From the NCBI GenBank assembly GCA_037431425.1, contig GCA_037431425.1_4129.1: a stretch of 64,000 bases of DNA; one strand, given 5' to 3'. Shown one piece after another: positions 63,967 through 64,000 of this stretch. This stretch comes from a phage. Below the pieces are notes generated by a model, which saw only the letters and a list, made by a program, of their open reading frames with translations, made no database searches and was not told the origin of the DNA. Within the stretch, counting starts at the first letter, position 1; the number at the start of each line of letters is the position of its first letter. Made by a program: the position numbers and the translations under genes.

Positions 63967-64000
63967 TTGTCATGGGGTATATTATGCCAGTACTTGATAA

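Overview
This window reads as an accessory or early region of a large virulent bacteriophage (T4-like or jumbo style). It is AT-rich (about one third GC by eye) and almost gap-free, with more than 130 short, translationally coupled ORFs, mostly on the plus strand. No integrase, capsid, terminase or replication core genes are recognisable. Expression signals are sigma70-type promoters (TTGACA-N16/17-TATAAT) and rho-independent terminators. I can fold six canonical tRNAs by hand: Ser-UGA, Arg-UCU, Ser-GCU, Met-CAU, Asn-GUU and Thr-UGU. There is also one atypical tRNA-like element.

Products I can recognise:
- a T4 endonuclease V homologue (denV)
- a sigma-70 family factor, directly downstream of an HslV/proteasome-beta-like Thr protease
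- a gamma-type NPPF DNA methyltransferase, next to a translationally coupled DUF262(ParB-like)/HNH pair that resembles GmrS/GmrD
- two further free-standing HNH endonucleases
- a PD-(D/E)XK nuclease
- a P-loop ATPase
- two protein-kinase-like proteins
- several lipoproteins

Most of the rest is lineage-specific paralogue families:
- seven tandem minus-strand RCC1-like beta-propeller genes that share an MLPFxRM N-terminus
- about 18 tandem 60-aa genes
- 11 small polytopic membrane proteins
- at least 14 proteins sharing a C-terminal EE-x-F-Q-x-ST motif
- an MTHEEW mini-protein family

The most unusual signals:
- The palindrome AGTACT (often CAGTACTG or TTCAGTACTGAA) is massively over-represented. 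It sits in promoter spacers, terminator stems, coding DNA and noncoding DNA.
- A terminator-plus-promoter cassette (GGTTGACTTCGGTCAGCC-T-run-TATAAT) is reused six times.
- Several promoter-to-terminator units have no ORF and are GC-elevated, so they are candidate structured RNAs.
- A 2-kb ORF-free, repeat-dense region (60.3-62.3 kb) carries iterons. It looks like an origin, a packaging site or a genome terminus.
- After that region come slightly GC-richer genes, each driven by a conserved promoter plus 5' hairpin cassette.

All functional calls come from motif recognition by eye. No database search was possible.
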